Program-made: the position numbers and the translations under genes
Shown: positions 63,261 to 64,000 of the stretch, one piece after another
Position numbering within the stretch: position 1 is the stretch's first letter
Layout: each line of letters begins with the position of its first letter
Notes under the pieces: generated by a model
What the model was told of the DNA's origin: nothing
Databases searched by the model: none
The model's input: only the letters and a program-made list of their open reading frames with translations
Assembly: GCF_026571515.1 (NCBI RefSeq)
Contig: NW_026855145.1
Location: 1 to 64,000, forward strand
From: Ruditapes philippinarum
Taxonomy: Eukaryota
Direction of reading: 5' to 3'
Length of the DNA: 64,000 nucleotides

Positions 63261-64000
63261 TAAACATAGTAATTCAGAAGAACACAAGTTAATTCTATAT
63301 ACGAAAGAAACAAAAAATATTAGTTGTATTGTCTGTCTTATAATCGAAAACTTATCAATAGCAAGCAACTAATGTTATCACTTTTAATTATCGAAAAAAA
63401 AACATCCAGAAAATGCATTGTAAATCTCGTGATCAATTTGGTTTAACGTAAGACACACAATTTTATAATTCATTAAGATATTACTTAAACAAGAACACTC
63501 CATCTTAAGTTAGTGGAAAATGCACGTTCTTTTCATCTAACAAAATATATTGATTGCTTAAAAGGCATTCAGTACGAGTGAGTTTCACGCAAAAGAAATA
63601 GAGATGAATGATTTCTATAAATTAAAGGCAAGTGTTCTTTGTTAATTTCCAGGCAAAGAAGACAATGTTCTGTACTTACAGCTGACAATTTCCGTGTAAA
63701 CAAAGCGTGTACTCGTGTTTATGAGTATAAGTCAAATCAATAGTATCTACCATTTACCTTTTTATGTTATTTAATAAGACTAATAAGCTTTTATTACAAA
63801 ACCTCCACTTTCAAAAATTGTACCTTAAATGATAACATTGAACATTTGGATTTTAAAGCTTCCGGTATGTATCATATACGCTGCTACATTTTTGGTGTAA
63901 AAATTGTTCTTTACATATAAACATTTATTTTAACAAATCAACTGATTGATCTTAAGTTATGTAATAGAATCATGTCTTAATTAAAGCATAAAAGATAAAC

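Larger units (their letters stand above)
47046..64000 (+). repeat. Large duplication, copy B (runs off the window)
   Basis: Matches 2830-5510 then 11785-24350; lacks 5511-11784; has three private insertions. Confidence 0.95.

Overview
AT-rich, repeat-saturated animal DNA, very probably a venerid-type bivalve (inferred from RUDI-like tRNA SINEs, Helentron-type MITEs with GTCC microsatellites and CR1-Zenon tails). I can support no intact host gene. Main contents: (1) a degraded four-exon Crypton (DUF3504 tyrosine recombinase) element at ~8153-11544, whose ends form a hairpin plus an internal complementary repeat, and several short non-autonomous elements with the same end logic; (2) a full-length young DIRS1-type retrotransposon at 31601-38562 (gag, RT, RNase H, MT-like, YR, perfect ITR/ICR), interrupted by an LTR element and four short inserts; (3) LINE fragments (I/Nimb, CR1-Zenon), SINEs and MITEs; (4) a near-identical duplication (2830-5510 plus 11785-24350 versus 47046-64000) that supplies empty/filled insertion sites and may be an uncollapsed haplotype; (5) older paralogous blocks with decayed minus-strand ORFs that I cannot identify. 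The most unusual signal is a superfamily of more than 15 short inserts with one fixed end (GAT(T/C)(C/T)TGT(A)TTTATC(A)TATTTT plus a conserved subterminal hairpin), one variable end, unrelated bodies, no poly(A) and almost no TSD. All alignments and identities were judged by eye.
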